Shown here piece after piece: positions 63,665 through 64,000 of a DNA stretch of 64,000 bases (its first letter is position 1; every line of letters starts with the position of its first letter). The stretch lies in the NCBI RefSeq assembly GCF_006345805.1, contig NC_043005.1, positions 24,304,001 to 24,368,000 of the forward strand. Direction: 5' to 3'. The stretch comes from Octopus sinensis (Eukaryota). The notes below the pieces were generated by a model that ran no database searches, had not been told where the DNA came from, and saw only the letters and a program-made list of their open reading frames with translations. The translations under genes were made by a program, and so were the position numbers.

Positions 63665-64000
63665 TGTGTATTTACACACGCGCGCGCGCACTCCGAAACA
63701 AAAAGCAAAAATTCTAAAATAAACATCTGTGTGAAAAATAGCAGAATATCAAATTTGAAAAGTATGTGTGCATGTGCGCGTATATATATATGTATATATA
63801 CATATATATTTATACATTTATAAATATACATACAGACATACACAAACATGCACACAAACATACATACATCCATACATACATACATACATACATACATACA
63901 TACATACATACATGCATGCATACATACATACATACATACATACATACATACAACATACATACATACATACATACATACATACATGCATGCATAAAAGCAC

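Overview
AT-rich, microsatellite-dense eukaryotic DNA. The repeat repertoire strongly suggests a cephalopod, most likely Octopus (inference). Nearly all of the window is intergenic or intronic repeat, and most ORF-track entries are (TA)n/(CA)n/(TATG)n/(GAA)n artefacts. Recognisable content: three abundant tRNA-derived SINE families, four mariner relics, hAT ends, LINE fragments (R4/Dong, L1/Tx1, RTE, CR1), several Penelope (GIY-YIG) fragments, and two Helitron loci, one with intact termini, a predicted spliced 5' exon and a head-to-tail junction. The main hidden signal is a dense set of minimal type I hammerhead ribozyme (HHR) motifs from at least five sequence families. Most sit in short palindromic, Penelope-pLTR-like elements, several next to (TA)n tracts. 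Their cores vary: U4C, A6U, an extra nucleotide after A9, and a compensatory G3:C8 swap seen in copies 11 kb apart. A possible decayed class B GPCR TM6-TM7 segment lies at ~58.3-58.5 kb (minus strand). All calls were made by eye, with no database searches.
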